Source of the DNA: Pirellulales bacterium
Lineage (GTDB): Bacteria > Planctomycetota > Planctomycetia > Pirellulales > UBA1268
DNA: 49,025 nucleotides
Assembly: GCA_040877375.1 (NCBI GenBank)
Contig: JBBDNW010000255.1
Location: 1-49,025, forward strand
Reading direction: 5' to 3'
The notes beneath the pieces are model-generated. The model did no database searches. It was given only the letters and a program-made list of their open reading frames with translations, and was not told the origin of the DNA. Below are positions 9,444 through 20,084 of the stretch, piece after piece. Both the position numbers and the translations under genes were made by a program. Each line of letters starts with the position of its first letter. The first letter of the stretch is position 1.

Positions 9444-11155
9444 GGTGTCGGGGCCTGGGCAACATGGGCGGCGGGATCGGTGAGCCGCATCCGGGCGGCG
9501 AATGCCTCGCTCGAGGCTTGTGTCGACTCGCGAACGGCCTGGGCGGCGGGCCTGAGAAACGTCGCAGGGGTGAGGCCGATCCAGATCGCGAACACTGCCA
9601 GGGGCAGGAGCGCCGCCAGTTCGTGCCAGCGGAGATCGCAGCGGTCCTGCGCAGCAGGGGCGTGGCTGCCGTGCGAGCCGTGCGAATCATGACCACCATG
9701 CGAGCCATGCCCATCATGACCGTGGCTCCGCGGTGGCTCCCGGGAACCGCCGAAGAAGACCCGCTCGACCGCCCAGAGCATGTACCAGGCGCCGAGCACG
9801 ACACCGACCACCGCAATGAGCGACATCGCGAGATAGGCCGTCTGCCAGGCGGGTGCGACACCCGCCCATGCCCGCTGGAACGAGCCGGCGAGGATCATGA
9901 ACTCGCCCACGAAGCCGTTGAGGCCCGGTAGACCGATGCTCGAGAACGTGAACAGCATGAAGAGCACCGTGAGCCACGGCGCCTTCGAGGCGATCCCTCC
10001 GAGGCTGGCGATGTTTCGTGTGTGAAATCGTTCGTAGATCATGCCGACCAACGCGAAGAGGCCGGCCGACGACAGACCGTGGTTGATCAATTGCAGATTG
10101 GCCCCCTCCGTCGCCACGGGCGTGAGGGCGAAGAGGCCCATCACGATGTAGCCCATGTGGCTCACCGACGAATAGGCGATCAGCCGCTTGAGATCAGTTT
10201 GCACGAGCGCCACCAGGGCTCCGTAAATGATCCCCACCACGCCGAGGCCGAAGAGCCAGGGGGCCGCGACGGCCGTGGCCTCGGGCAGCATGGGCATGGA
10301 GAACCGCAGGAATCCGTAGATGCCGAGTTTGAGCAGCACGCCGGCGAGATCGACGCTGCCGCCAGTCGGCGCCTCGACGTGGGCCAAAGGCAGCCAGGTG
10401 TGGAACGGCACGATCGGAACCTTCACCGCGAAACCGGCGAGCAGCGCTAAAAACACGATCATCTGCAGCCAGCCCCCCTCGGCGGACATCGGCAGCGGGT
10501 GGATCTTCATGGCATCGGTGAGGGCTTCGATGTCGAACGTCACGGTGCCGGTGTGCGAGGCGTTCCAGAGCACGATCGCCAAGAGGCCGAGGAATGTGAA
10601 CACGCTTCCGGTGAGCGTGTAGATGAAGAACTTGCTGGCTGCCCTGCGGCGGTCGTCATGGCCCCAGATGCCGATCAGGAAGAACAGCGGCACGAGCGTG
10701 AACTCAAAGCAGGTGTAGAACAGGATCACGTCGCGGGCTGCAAACACGCCCAGCATCGCCGCCTCCAGCACCAGCAAAAGCACGTAAAAGCCGACCGGTC
10801 GGTCTTTGACGGCGTCCCAACTGACGAATACGGCCGTCACTGAGAGCAACGCCGCCAGGCCGAACATCCAGAGCGACAGGCCATCGAGGCCGAGCGACAG
10901 TTTCACGTCGAAGATGCCTTCGGTAAGCCACGGCATCTCGACCAGCGCGTAGGGCAGACCCGACGCGGCGGCCGGATCACCCAGGTAGCGGACGATCAGC
11001 CAGCCGGCGAGTCCGAGTGTCACCACCGCGGAGACGGCGGCGCTCTGCCGCACGGCCGAGACGCCACGGGCGCCGAGCACCCAGGCGACAACTGCGCCCA
11101 CCAGCGGCGCGGTGATCGTCAGGATGAGATGGGCTGATGGGCTGAAGCCGTTCAT
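9440..11155 (-). CDS. nuoM: NADH-quinone oxidoreductase subunit M
   Basis: GLDGLS, FAVKVPIVPFHTWLPLAHVEAPT, LKRLIAYSSVSHMG, GLPGLNGFVGE. Confidence 0.96.
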   Translation of the reverse strand: MNGFSPSAHLILTITAPLVGAVVAWVLGARGVSAVRQSAAVSAVVTLGLAGWLIVRYLGDPAAASGLPYALVEMPWLTEGIFDVKLSLGLDGLSLWMFGLAALLSVTAVFVSWDAVKDRPVGFYVLLLVLEAAMLGVFAARDVILFYTCFEFTLVPLFFLIGIWGHDDRRRAASKFFIYTLTGSVFTFLGLLAIVLWNASHTGTVTFDIEALTDAMKIHPLPMSAEGGWLQMIVFLALLAGFAVKVPIVPFHTWLPLAHVEAPTGGSVDLAGVLLKLGIYGFLRFSMPMLPEATAVAAPWLFGLGVVGIIYGALVALVQTDLKRLIAYSSVSHMGYIVMGLFALTPVATEGANLQLINHGLSSAGLFALVGMIYERFHTRNIASLGGIASKAPWLTVLFMLFTFSSIGLPGLNGFVGEFMILAGSFQRAWAGVAPAWQTAYLAMSLIAVVGVVLGAWYMLWAVERVFFGGSREPPRSHGHDGHGSHGGHDSHGSHGSHAPAAQDRCDLRWHELAALLPLAVFAIWIGLTPATFLRPAAQAVRESTQASSEAFAARMRLTDPAAHVAQAPTP

Positions 11156-11174
11156 GTCTGCGAGAAGTTTCCTT

Positions 11175-13400
11175 TCAGCCCATGGCCCGCGCGACGAGCG
11201 CGAGCACGATCAGAAGCATGCCGATCACTCCGGCGAGTGCGTAGCGCTGGACAAGGCCCGACTGGAGGTGACGGACGAGCCCGCCGAGCGCGAGTGGTAG
11301 CCGTGCGACCAAGTCGACGGTTCCGTCGATCAGATACCGATCGATGAGCGCCGCGAGCGTGGCGACGAACTCCAGCGGCTTGATGATCAAGCCGGCGTAG
11401 ATCTGGTCGAAGTAAAACCGGTTGGCAAACAGCGTCTCGAGGGGCCCGAGAAACCGCTCCATCTGCGGACCGTCGCTCCGCTTGCCGAGATGGCCGAGGG
11501 CGGCGACCACGATTCCGGCCGCAGCGGCCAGCGTGCCCTGGATGGCAAGGTCCCAGTGAAAGACCGGAGGCGTCGCCGTCGAGGCGATTGACGACGCTGT
11601 GAATGACGGCGTCGCGGCCAAAAAGGTAGCCAGGCTGTGGGTGCTGAACAGCCACCAGCCGCTGACGGCTGACGCCACCGCGAGGATCACCAGTGGGATC
11701 GTCATCACGGGGGGCGATTCGTGGGCCGCGGAGCCTGCCGCACCATGCGCATGGTGCCCCGCCTCCTCGGGTACCCGCGTCGGACCGGTGAACGTCATGA
11801 ACACGGCGCGGAAGGAATAGAAGGCGGTCAGGCCCGCCGTGACGAGCGACATCCAGAAGAGCAGCCGCCAGGTGGCAGGCTGGTTGAGCGCGTCGAGGCG
11901 GGAGACGCGGTCGCCGCCAGCGAGTTGGCTGGCGTCGGGAGTGACGCTCACGAGACGCAACGAGGTCGCGGTCATCGCATGGCCGCCGGCCGGAACGGCC
12001 TCCTGGTGCTCGCCGTGGGTATCGGGCCAGCCCCGCGAGTGCAGCGAGGCGAGGATCTCATCCTTGCTGAAGAAGCCGGCGAATGGCGCCACGCCAGCTA
12101 GGGCGAGTGACCCCACGAGAAACGTGACCGCCGTGATCGGCATCACGCGCCTCAGCCCGCCGAACCGCCGCATGTCGATCACGCCCCCCATTGAGTGCAT
12201 CACCGAGCCTGCACCAAGGAACAAGAGCGCCTTGAAAAAGGCGTGGGTGACGAGATGGAAGATCGCAGCGCTGAAGCCGAGCAGGGTGCCCGTGCCGAGG
12301 CTCGCGAACATGTAGCCGAGCTGGCTGATCGTGGAGTAGGCGAGCACCCTCTTGAGGTCGTTTTGCACGGTGCCGATGAGCGCCGCGATCAGGGCCGTGG
12401 TGGCACCGACGATCGACACGAGCGTCAGGGCGCCGGGGCAGGCCACGAAGAGCGGGCCGCTGCGGGCGATGAGGTAGATGCCGGCCGTGACCATCGTCGC
12501 GGCGTGGATCAGGGCGCTGGCCGGCGTGGGGCCCTCCATCGCGTCGGGAAGCCAGACATGCAGTGGCAACTGCGCGCTCTTGCCGCACGCGGCGAGGAGC
12601 AGGAGCAGGCAGATCGCGCTGCCGACCGCGCCGCCGACGTAGCCGGAGGCATCGGCCAGCCGTGTCACGCCTAGGATGCCAGGCACGGCCGTGCCGTCCG
12701 ACAGCACCGTGTCGTGGAAGTTGAGCGTGCCGTAGGTCATCCAGAGCAGGAAGGTCGCCACAGCGAGGCCGAAGTCGCCCACGCGATTGACGAGGAAGGC
12801 CTTCTTGGCGGCCTTCGCCGCCTCCGGCTTTGTGAACCAAAAACCGATAAGCAGATAGCTGCACGCGCCTACGGCTTCCCAGAAGACGTACACGAGCAGA
12901 AAGTTACTGGCCGCAACGAGCATGGTCATCGAAAACACGAACATCGAGAACAGCGCAAAAAACCGCGGATAGCCCGGATCGCCGTGCATGTAGCCGATCG
13001 AGTAGATGGCCACGAGCAGGCCGACGCATGTGATGATCACCAGCAGCGTCGAAGTGAGAGGGTCGAGCCGCAGGGCGACCGGAATCGAAAAACTCGCCGC
13101 GGTCGTGCCGCCGGCGGCCTGGGCGTTGGGAATGTCGGCCCATTCCCAGAGCGTGGTCACCATCTCCACGGGCTGTACTTGCTGCACTTGCTGATCATGT
13201 CCCGAGTTGCCCACGCCGACCTGCCGGACCATGCCGAAGAGCAATGTGACGGCCACGGCCGCCGAAGCGGCGATGCCGATGATCGCGGGCACGTGCGCCC
13301 GGGAACCGAGCGTGCGGCCGAGGGCCACCGTGAGGATGGCACCCACGAGCGGCAAAAGCGGCACGAGAACGAGCAGCGTCGAGGAGGGGATGTCTTGCAT
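11175..13400 (-). CDS. nuoL: NADH-quinone oxidoreductase subunit L
   Basis: NRVGD, GKSAQLPLHVWLPDAMEGPTP, HAFFKALLFL, GFFSKDEI. Confidence 0.96.
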   Translation of the reverse strand: MQDIPSSTLLVLVPLLPLVGAILTVALGRTLGSRAHVPAIIGIAASAAVAVTLLFGMVRQVGVGNSGHDQQVQQVQPVEMVTTLWEWADIPNAQAAGGTTAASFSIPVALRLDPLTSTLLVIITCVGLLVAIYSIGYMHGDPGYPRFFALFSMFVFSMTMLVAASNFLLVYVFWEAVGACSYLLIGFWFTKPEAAKAAKKAFLVNRVGDFGLAVATFLLWMTYGTLNFHDTVLSDGTAVPGILGVTRLADASGYVGGAVGSAICLLLLLAACGKSAQLPLHVWLPDAMEGPTPASALIHAATMVTAGIYLIARSGPLFVACPGALTLVSIVGATTALIAALIGTVQNDLKRVLAYSTISQLGYMFASLGTGTLLGFSAAIFHLVTHAFFKALLFLGAGSVMHSMGGVIDMRRFGGLRRVMPITAVTFLVGSLALAGVAPFAGFFSKDEILASLHSRGWPDTHGEHQEAVPAGGHAMTATSLRLVSVTPDASQLAGGDRVSRLDALNQPATWRLLFWMSLVTAGLTAFYSFRAVFMTFTGPTRVPEEAGHHAHGAAGSAAHESPPVMTIPLVILAVASAVSGWWLFSTHSLATFLAATPSFTASSIASTATPPVFHWDLAIQGTLAAAAGIVVAALGHLGKRSDGPQMERFLGPLETLFANRFYFDQIYAGLIIKPLEFVATLAALIDRYLIDGTVDLVARLPLALGGLVRHLQSGLVQRYALAGVIGMLLIVLALVARAMG

Positions 13401-13448
13401 GAAGTGTGGTGCGGGGCCGGTCGCGGGACGGCCACAGGAAGGAGTGGC

Positions 13449-13892
13449 CTAAACGTGTTCGCGTTCGAGCAGTGCGTCTTGGTCGACCGGCGGCTCGACA
13501 CCCGCCGGGAAGAGTTTCGGAAACCTCAGCGGCATCGTGTCGATGGCGGGCAGTTCGTGGTCGATCGTCCGGGGCAGATTCGACTCACGAAGCGACTGCC
13601 AAGCGGCCGAGTCGAGTCGGCCGGTCCGGGCAAACGCCTGAAGCACGAAGACGAGGGCCACCGCTGCCTCGCAGGCAGCGACCGCGAGCACGAAGATCAC
13701 GAGCACATGGCCGCCCCAGTCGCCATGATGCCGGCTCCAGGAGACGAGGCTCACCGAGATGCCCTGCAGCATCAGTTCGGCGCACAGGAACATCACGATG
13801 AGGTTCCGCCGGGCGAGGATACCGACGAGGCCGAGCGCGAACAGGATCGCGCCGACGACGAGACCGTCGAGGACGAGCGGGGAAGGGGTCAT
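13449..13892 (-). CDS. nuoK: NADH-quinone oxidoreductase subunit K (with C-terminal extension)
   Basis: RRNLIVMFLCAELML and VAACEAAVAL; start ATG 13892 overlaps the nuoJ stop. Confidence 0.93.
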   Translation of the reverse strand: MTPSPLVLDGLVVGAILFALGLVGILARRNLIVMFLCAELMLQGISVSLVSWSRHHGDWGGHVLVIFVLAVAACEAAVALVFVLQAFARTGRLDSAAWQSLRESNLPRTIDHELPAIDTMPLRFPKLFPAGVEPPVDQDALLEREHV

Positions 13893-14707
13893 GGGACGGC
13901 CCTCCGGGCTGGGGCGACGGTGCCATCGGCCGAGGCCGCACGGGATACGATCGCGATCGAACCGACGAGCGCCACGAGCAGGAGCACGCCGGCCACCTCG
14001 ACCGCGATGAGGTGGCGTCCGAAGAGTTCGCCGCCGAGACGGGCGACGTGGTTTTCGGCAAGCAGGTCGACGCTCATGTCGGCGACGGCGGGGAGGCCGG
14101 TAGCAGGGGCGGCGTCGCCGGTGATGGCCGCTGCCTTCGACGGCATCCGGCAACACAGCGGCGGCTCGGCGGTGAGCCGGCCGATTGAGAGCGAGAGGAT
14201 GCCGAGCAGGACGGCTCCCGCCACTGCGGAGAGCAGCGGCTCGTTAGAGACGCGGTCGTATGGTGCGAGTCCCGCGGGCGCCGCCAGCATGAGCACAAAC
14301 AGAAACATCACGAGGATCGCCCCGGCATAGACGACGATCGTGGCCACGCCCAAGAACTGGGCGCCCAGCACAAGCAGGACCCCCGCCACGCCGGCCAGTG
14401 CCATCGCGAACCAGATCGCGGAGTAGACGGGAGACCGCGTCACGACCGTGGCGGCGCCGGAGATCACCGCCACGAGCGACACGATCAGAAACACAGTCTC
14501 TTCGCCGAGGCCGCCGAGGCGGTGGCCGGTGGCGATGAAGCAGCCGAGCGCGGCGAGGCCGAGTAGGCCGCCGAGCCAGCGGCTCCTCCGCTCTGCGGCG
14601 CCGATCTGACCGCGGGGCAGGAGCAGCCAGAGGCTTGCCGCTGTGGAGGTCACGGCTGCCGCCAGGAGCGTGCCGGGCGAGATCGCGGGCAGAACGGAGG
14701 CGATCAC
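13889..14707 (-). CDS. nuoJ: NADH-quinone oxidoreductase subunit J
   Basis: SPVYSA, VYAGAILVMFLFVLML, EVAGVLLLVALVG; GTG start overlaps the nuoI stop. Confidence 0.92.
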   Translation of the reverse strand: MIASVLPAISPGTLLAAAVTSTAASLWLLLPRGQIGAAERRSRWLGGLLGLAALGCFIATGHRLGGLGEETVFLIVSLVAVISGAATVVTRSPVYSAIWFAMALAGVAGVLLVLGAQFLGVATIVVYAGAILVMFLFVLMLAAPAGLAPYDRVSNEPLLSAVAGAVLLGILSLSIGRLTAEPPLCCRMPSKAAAITGDAAPATGLPAVADMSVDLLAENHVARLGGELFGRHLIAVEVAGVLLLVALVGSIAIVSRAASADGTVAPARRAVP

Positions 14708-15237
14708 AGCGTGCCCCCCATTGAAGCCGACTTCATCGGCTCGGCGTCTTTTGTCATGTCGAAGACGCTCAGCAGTTTCTCTTTGTCGAAGATCATCTCC
14801 TCGCGGCTCTTGCCGGTGAGGTCGAGTAGGCTCGTGAGTTCGATCGCGTCGACGGGGCAGGCCTCCTCGCACATGCCGCAGAATATGCACCGCAGTTCGT
14901 CGATCTGGAAACTCTCGGGATACTTCTCGCGATCAGGCCAGGGGCTCTCCGTGGCCACGATGTCGATGCAATGTGCCGGGCAGGCAGTGGCACAGAGAAA
15001 ACAGGCCACGCACTTTACCCGGCCCTCATCATCGCGGTTGAGCCGATGGACGCCGCGGTAGATGAGCGGATTGCCCACCGTCGGTCGCTGCTCAGGAAAG
15101 CTCACTGTGACCTTGGGGCTAATCAGATGCCGGGCCGTGGTCGCAAGCCCCTGCACAAAGAGCGGCAGGTAGAGCCGCTCGGAGAGGCCCAGCGGCCGCT
15201 CTTCGAGCCAGGTAATCGCCGGATCGTTGGGCTTCAT
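14704..15237 (-). CDS. nuoI: NADH-quinone oxidoreductase subunit I
   Basis: Two 4Fe-4S motifs: CVACFLCATACP and CIFCGMCEEACP. Confidence 0.95.
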   Translation of the reverse strand: MKPNDPAITWLEERPLGLSERLYLPLFVQGLATTARHLISPKVTVSFPEQRPTVGNPLIYRGVHRLNRDDEGRVKCVACFLCATACPAHCIDIVATESPWPDREKYPESFQIDELRCIFCGMCEEACPVDAIELTSLLDLTGKSREEMIFDKEKLLSVFDMTKDAEPMKSASMGGTL

Positions 15238-15238
15238 C

Positions 15239-16516
15239 TCAGACCTCCACCAGTTCACGTTGCGAGTCGTCCAGCACGTGCTCGGCGTCGAGCGGGCCGG
15301 GCGTACGAATGGGCGTGTTGTCGGTACCCGAGGGAGTGAGCATGCCCGCTGTGATCCAGCCGACGAAGAACACCGCCCAGGGAATCGCGATCGCCACCGT
15401 CTTCGCCCAGCCCTCACCGACCGCGGTCACGAGTTGCGGCCGGAACTCCTCGACAGTCGCCACGGTCACAAGATTGGCGATCCCCAAGGGCAGCATCACC
15501 TTCCAGGCGAGGTTCATGAGTTGGTCGAACCGGAACCGCGGCCAACTCCAGCGGACGAGCATGAAGAACAAGATCACGGCGAAGATTTTGGCCGAGAGCA
15601 CCGCGAAGCGGATGAAGGCCACCAGCCAGGTTTCGACCGGCCCTGAGCCCGTCACGCCCCAGAGGTGCCAGCCGCCGAGGAACATGATCACGATCAGGAA
15701 TGCCGCCGTGACCATGTGCAGGAACTCGGCCACGAGGAAGAGCAGGAGTTTGATGCCCGAATATTCCGTGTGGTAGCCCCCCACGAGTTCCTGTTCGGCT
15801 TCGGGAAGATCAAAGGGCAACCGGGCCGCCTCGGCAAAACTCGCCACCAGAAACACGATGAAGCCGAGCGGCTGGGCGAAGGCAAACCAGACGCCGGTCG
15901 CGGCCTGAGCATCCATGATCGTGTCGAGCTTGAGCGAGCCGGCCGCGAGCACGACGCCCAGGAGTCCGAGGCCGAGCGGAATCTCGTAGGCGAGGAGTTG
16001 GGCGCTGCTCCGCAGGCCCCCGAGAAAGCCATACTTGTTGTTGCTCGCCCAGCCGCCGAGCAGCACACCGTAGACGGCGATGCTCGAGAGCGCAAACACC
16101 CAGAGCACCCCGACGTCGAGGCCGGGAGCCACGAGCAAAGGCTCCTCGCCAGTGAGTCCGAGCGCCGGAATCGCGGGGAGCGAACTGCCAAACGGGATCG
16201 CCGCGAAGATGGCGAGCGATGCGGCGAGGATCACCACTGGCGCCGCCGTGTAGAGCACCTTATCGACGTGCCGCGGCGTGAAATCCTCCTTGAGGATGAT
16301 CTTCAATCCGTCGGCCAGCGGTTGCCCGAGCCCGAAGAGGCGGATCTTCGTGAGCGGGATGCCGACGCGATTGGGTCCCTTACGGTCCTGCACCCAGGCC
16401 GCCATCCACCGCTCGACGAGCACGAGATACGCCGCCGCCGTCATCAGGCCGCCGACGAGCAGGCCAATCTTCACCAGGGCGACGATCGTGGGCAGCGAAG
16501 GTAGAAATGAGTTCAT
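15239..16516 (-). CDS. nuoH: NADH-quinone oxidoreductase subunit H
   Basis: QDRKGPNRVG, QPLADGLK, RLPFDLPEAEQELVGGYHTEYS, PRFRFDQLM. Confidence 0.96.
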   Translation of the reverse strand: MNSFLPSLPTIVALVKIGLLVGGLMTAAAYLVLVERWMAAWVQDRKGPNRVGIPLTKIRLFGLGQPLADGLKIILKEDFTPRHVDKVLYTAAPVVILAASLAIFAAIPFGSSLPAIPALGLTGEEPLLVAPGLDVGVLWVFALSSIAVYGVLLGGWASNNKYGFLGGLRSSAQLLAYEIPLGLGLLGVVLAAGSLKLDTIMDAQAATGVWFAFAQPLGFIVFLVASFAEAARLPFDLPEAEQELVGGYHTEYSGIKLLLFLVAEFLHMVTAAFLIVIMFLGGWHLWGVTGSGPVETWLVAFIRFAVLSAKIFAVILFFMLVRWSWPRFRFDQLMNLAWKVMLPLGIANLVTVATVEEFRPQLVTAVGEGWAKTVAIAIPWAVFFVGWITAGMLTPSGTDNTPIRTPGPLDAEHVLDDSQRELVEV

Positions 16517-16539
16517 GCGTGTGGGATTCGAGAGAGCGG

Positions 16540-18180
16540 TCAGGCGAGTTGGTGGATACGGAGGTCGACGCCGGTGGCAGGCAGCTCGCCGGCAAGGGCG
16601 GCGAGCGCCGCCGACGAGCCGGCGATCTGCTGCCGGACGGAGACGGGGTCGTAGAGGCCGCGGCGGCCCAGCATGTTCCAGAACAGCCGGCCCTCTGGCC
16701 AGACGCCCGCGGGGGGCCGAATGGCTTGGCTGAAGCTCTGGGCGTGATGAGCGACGTTGACCCATGTGCCGGCCCGCTCGGCGAAGCCGGCGGCGGGCAG
16801 CCGCCACGAAGCGAGCCGCATCAGCGGTGAGTCGAAGAGATCTTGCACGACGAGTTGCCCGAGACCGGCGAATGATTCGGCGGTCGCTGTGTCAATCCAC
16901 TGGCCGGGATAGCCAGCGGTAATCCAGGCGGCGTCGGCGTTACCCGCGGCCACGTACGCCACCAGATCGTTCCACGATCGTCCTGCGGCGCCGTAGAGTG
17001 CGAGCACCTCCTCGATGCCACGGCGGTTGGGGCATTTCTCGGCGCGGATCGTGAAGCCGCCCGGGAACGACTCGTCGTTGCCAGTCACGGGCACAAAGCC
17101 GGGCGCGAGCCAGGCCTGCGGGTCGATCGACCGTGCGACGGCGCAGAGCATCCACGCCTCCTCGATGGTGAGCATCGGGGAAACGGCCACGGCCAGCCGG
17201 CCGGCGGCCTTGAGATCGGCGCGGAGGCCTGTCACCACGTCGGACCACTCAATGGTCTCAACAGCGGGCGTGAGCGATCCCTGGTCGGGGCGGTCGGGTC
17301 GCACGGCCTTCCGCGACGCCTCGAGGATTCGGGACGAATCGTGGAGGTGATGCCAGCCATACCGGCCGTCGTCGCAGATCCACCACTTGTTGACGTGTGG
17401 GTTCTCGCGGGGCTTGAGCCGGTAGACGGCGTCTTGGTTGTGCTCCGTGGAGATCGAACAGCCGGCGGAACAGCCACCGCAGACGTTGGCCTCGCGCTTC
17501 AGAAACCAGACCCGCTGCTGGTAGAGGAAGTCCTTGTCGCCGAGGGCGCCCACCGGACAGAGATCGACCACGTTGCCTGAGAGCTTGTTGTCGAGTGGAT
17601 GGCCGGGGAAGACGTCGATTTCCTCCTTCGCGCCGCGGCTGGTCACCATCAGCTCGGCCGTGCCCGAGATCTCACGGGTGAACCGCACGCATCGCGTGCA
17701 CATGATGCAGCGGTCGACAAACAGCGTGACCGTGGGCCCCACGTCGCGCTTCCGGCTGGTGAACGGATGCAGGTCGGCCCGCCGCTCGGCCTGGCCGTGC
17801 TCGAAGTGATAGTCCTGCAGCAGGCATTCGCCCGCCTTGTCGCAGATCGGGCAGTCGATCGGATGGTCGATCAGCAGCGCCTCCTCGACGCGGGCGCGGC
17901 TCTCCTTCACGAGGGGGCTTTCCGTGACGATCACGGTGCCGTCCTTGACCGGCGTCTGGCACCCCGGCACGAGCTTCGGCACCATCGAGATCTTGCCAGT
18001 GGCCGCGTCGCGCTGGCCCGTCTCGATCAGGCACATCCGGCAACTGGCCACGACCGAGAGGCCGGGATGCCAGCAGTAGTGCGGGATCTCTTTGCCGGCG
18101 CGGCGGGCCGCCTCGATGCAGTTGAGCCGCTCGTCGGCCCCGATCTCGATCTCCTGTCCGTCAACGATCACGACCGGCAT
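16540..18180 (-). CDS. nuoG: NADH-quinone oxidoreductase subunit G (short, 546 aa)
   Basis: IPHYCWH...CRMC, HPIDCPICDKAGEC, CIMCTRC...CP, CGGCSAGC...ICDDG. Confidence 0.93.
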   Translation of the reverse strand: MPVVIVDGQEIEIGADERLNCIEAARRAGKEIPHYCWHPGLSVVASCRMCLIETGQRDAATGKISMVPKLVPGCQTPVKDGTVIVTESPLVKESRARVEEALLIDHPIDCPICDKAGECLLQDYHFEHGQAERRADLHPFTSRKRDVGPTVTLFVDRCIMCTRCVRFTREISGTAELMVTSRGAKEEIDVFPGHPLDNKLSGNVVDLCPVGALGDKDFLYQQRVWFLKREANVCGGCSAGCSISTEHNQDAVYRLKPRENPHVNKWWICDDGRYGWHHLHDSSRILEASRKAVRPDRPDQGSLTPAVETIEWSDVVTGLRADLKAAGRLAVAVSPMLTIEEAWMLCAVARSIDPQAWLAPGFVPVTGNDESFPGGFTIRAEKCPNRRGIEEVLALYGAAGRSWNDLVAYVAAGNADAAWITAGYPGQWIDTATAESFAGLGQLVVQDLFDSPLMRLASWRLPAAGFAERAGTWVNVAHHAQSFSQAIRPPAGVWPEGRLFWNMLGRRGLYDPVSVRQQIAGSSAALAALAGELPATGVDLRIHQLA

Positions 18181-19535
18181 CAGTGGGCTCCGACAATCTG
18201 GAGGGCGGGGACGGGGTCGGTGACCATCCAGCCGGATGGATTCGTTCGCTTGATGTAGTCCTCGAACTCGCCACGAAACTTCTTGATCGCGTTTTTGATG
18301 GGCCAGGCGGCCCCGTCCGCAAGGCCGCAGATCGTGCTGCCCGGCATCATGCCCATCGTGTTGCCAATCTCCAGCAGGATGTCGAGGTCTTTGATCCGGC
18401 CCTTGCCCGCCTTGATCCGCTCCAGCATCCGCAGCGACCAGCTCGTGCCCTCGCGGCAGGGGGTGCACTGGCCGCACGACTCGTGCGCGAAGAACCGGCA
18501 GGAGTTGTGGAGAAAGTCGACGATGCTCGTCTGGTCGTCGATCACGACCACGGCTGCGGTGCCGAGGCCGAGGCAGCCGACCTTGCCCGGGCCGGCGAAG
18601 TCGAGCGGCGTGTCGAGTTCGCTCTCGGTCATCAGCCCCATGGAGATGCCGCCCGGGATCACCGCCTTGGCCTTGCGGCCCTTCCAGACGCCGCCGCCGA
18701 AATGATTGATCAGCTCCCGGGCCGTGATCCCAAGCGGGGCCTCGTAGCAGCCGGGCTTCTCGACATGGCCGGAGAGGCAGTAGAGCTTGGGGCCATAGGA
18801 GCCGGGGTCGCGCGGGTTATTGGGATCGGCCGGCACGCCGATCGACTTGAACCACTCGATGCCGCGGCGGGCGATCTGGGCCACACAGGCCATCGTCTCA
18901 ATGTTGTTGACGACCGTCGGCTTGTGAAAGAGCCCCTCAATCGCCGGAAACGGCGGCTTGATCCGGGGCCAAGCCCGCTTGCCCTCGAGGCTCTCGATCA
19001 GGCCCGTCTCCTCACCACAGATGTAGGCGGCTGCTCCACGGTGGAGGTAGATGTCGAGCGAGAAGTTCGTCCCGCGAACGTTCTTCCCGAGATACCCGGC
19101 GGCGTAGGCCTCGTCGATCGCGGCCTGGAGCCGGTGCCAGCTCTGCGGATACTCATAGCGCAGGTAGATATAGGCCGTGGAGGCCCGCGTGGCATACGCC
19201 GAGAGGATGATCCCCTCGATCACCTGATGCGGGTCGTCTTCCATCAGGATTCGGTTGTTGAAGGTGCCCGGCTCGCTCTCGTCGGCATTGATGCAGAGGT
19301 AGATCGGGCCCGGATGGTCCTTGGGCAGGAACGTCCACTTGAGGCCCGTCGAGAAGCCGGCGCCGCCGCGGCCACGGAGGCCCGACGCCTTCACCATTTC
19401 GACGACCTCAGCCGGCTGTTTCTCGGCAAGGATCTTCTCGAGCGGCGCATATCCGCCGCGGCTCTGGTAGCTCGCGAGCGTGTTGCCGTCGGGTACGCCG
19501 ACGGCCTCGAGCAAAACTGGCTTGAATGGCTGCAT
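18180..19535 (-). CDS. nuoF: NADH-quinone oxidoreductase subunit F
   Basis: SGLRGRGGAGF, NADESEPGT, YICGEET, HESCGQCTPCREG. Confidence 0.97.
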   Translation of the reverse strand: MQPFKPVLLEAVGVPDGNTLASYQSRGGYAPLEKILAEKQPAEVVEMVKASGLRGRGGAGFSTGLKWTFLPKDHPGPIYLCINADESEPGTFNNRILMEDDPHQVIEGIILSAYATRASTAYIYLRYEYPQSWHRLQAAIDEAYAAGYLGKNVRGTNFSLDIYLHRGAAAYICGEETGLIESLEGKRAWPRIKPPFPAIEGLFHKPTVVNNIETMACVAQIARRGIEWFKSIGVPADPNNPRDPGSYGPKLYCLSGHVEKPGCYEAPLGITARELINHFGGGVWKGRKAKAVIPGGISMGLMTESELDTPLDFAGPGKVGCLGLGTAAVVVIDDQTSIVDFLHNSCRFFAHESCGQCTPCREGTSWSLRMLERIKAGKGRIKDLDILLEIGNTMGMMPGSTICGLADGAAWPIKNAIKKFRGEFEDYIKRTNPSGWMVTDPVPALQIVGAH

Positions 19536-19536
19536 G

Positions 19537-20034
19537 TCAGGTGGCCCTCGCGCGCGGCTTTTGGAGTTCGGCCTCGGCGGCCTCGGGCGTCATGTTCTTG
19601 AGCAAGTCGTCATTGGCCAGGATGCAGGGGGCGAAGTCGCACGCTCCCAGGCACTCGGCCGGCTCGATCGTCAGGCTCCCGTCGGCCGTGGTGCCGTAGG
19701 GCGGAATACCGTTCTTCTCACAGAGGTGCTCGAGCAGGTGGTCACCGCCGCGGAGGGCACACGACACGGAGCGGCAGACGAACGCCCGAACCGTGCCGTG
19801 CGGCTTGTCTTGGTAGAAGAACTCGTAGAAGGTCATCGTGTCTTGCACCTCCGCCGGCGCAAGGCCGAGCACCGCCGCGATCTCGGCCACGGCCTGGAGA
19901 GGCACGTGCCGCAGTTCGGCGTTGACGATGTGGAGCGCGGGCAGCGTGAGGGCGCGGCGGTTGGGATACCGCGGCGCGAGCGCCTCGATCTTCGCAACCA
20001 TCTCGTCGGTAAGGATTTTTTTCTGAGCGATCAT
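19537..20034 (-). CDS. nuoE: NADH-quinone oxidoreductase subunit E
   Basis: TFYEFF, CRSVSC, ECLGAC..APC. Start placed at ATG 20034. Confidence 0.93.
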   Translation of the reverse strand: MIAQKKILTDEMVAKIEALAPRYPNRRALTLPALHIVNAELRHVPLQAVAEIAAVLGLAPAEVQDTMTFYEFFYQDKPHGTVRAFVCRSVSCALRGGDHLLEHLCEKNGIPPYGTTADGSLTIEPAECLGACDFAPCILANDDLLKNMTPEAAEAELQKPRARAT

Positions 20035-20084
20035 GCGCGGAACGGATGGGTCAGTCGATCTTTTCTGTGCGGGTGAACCTGGGA

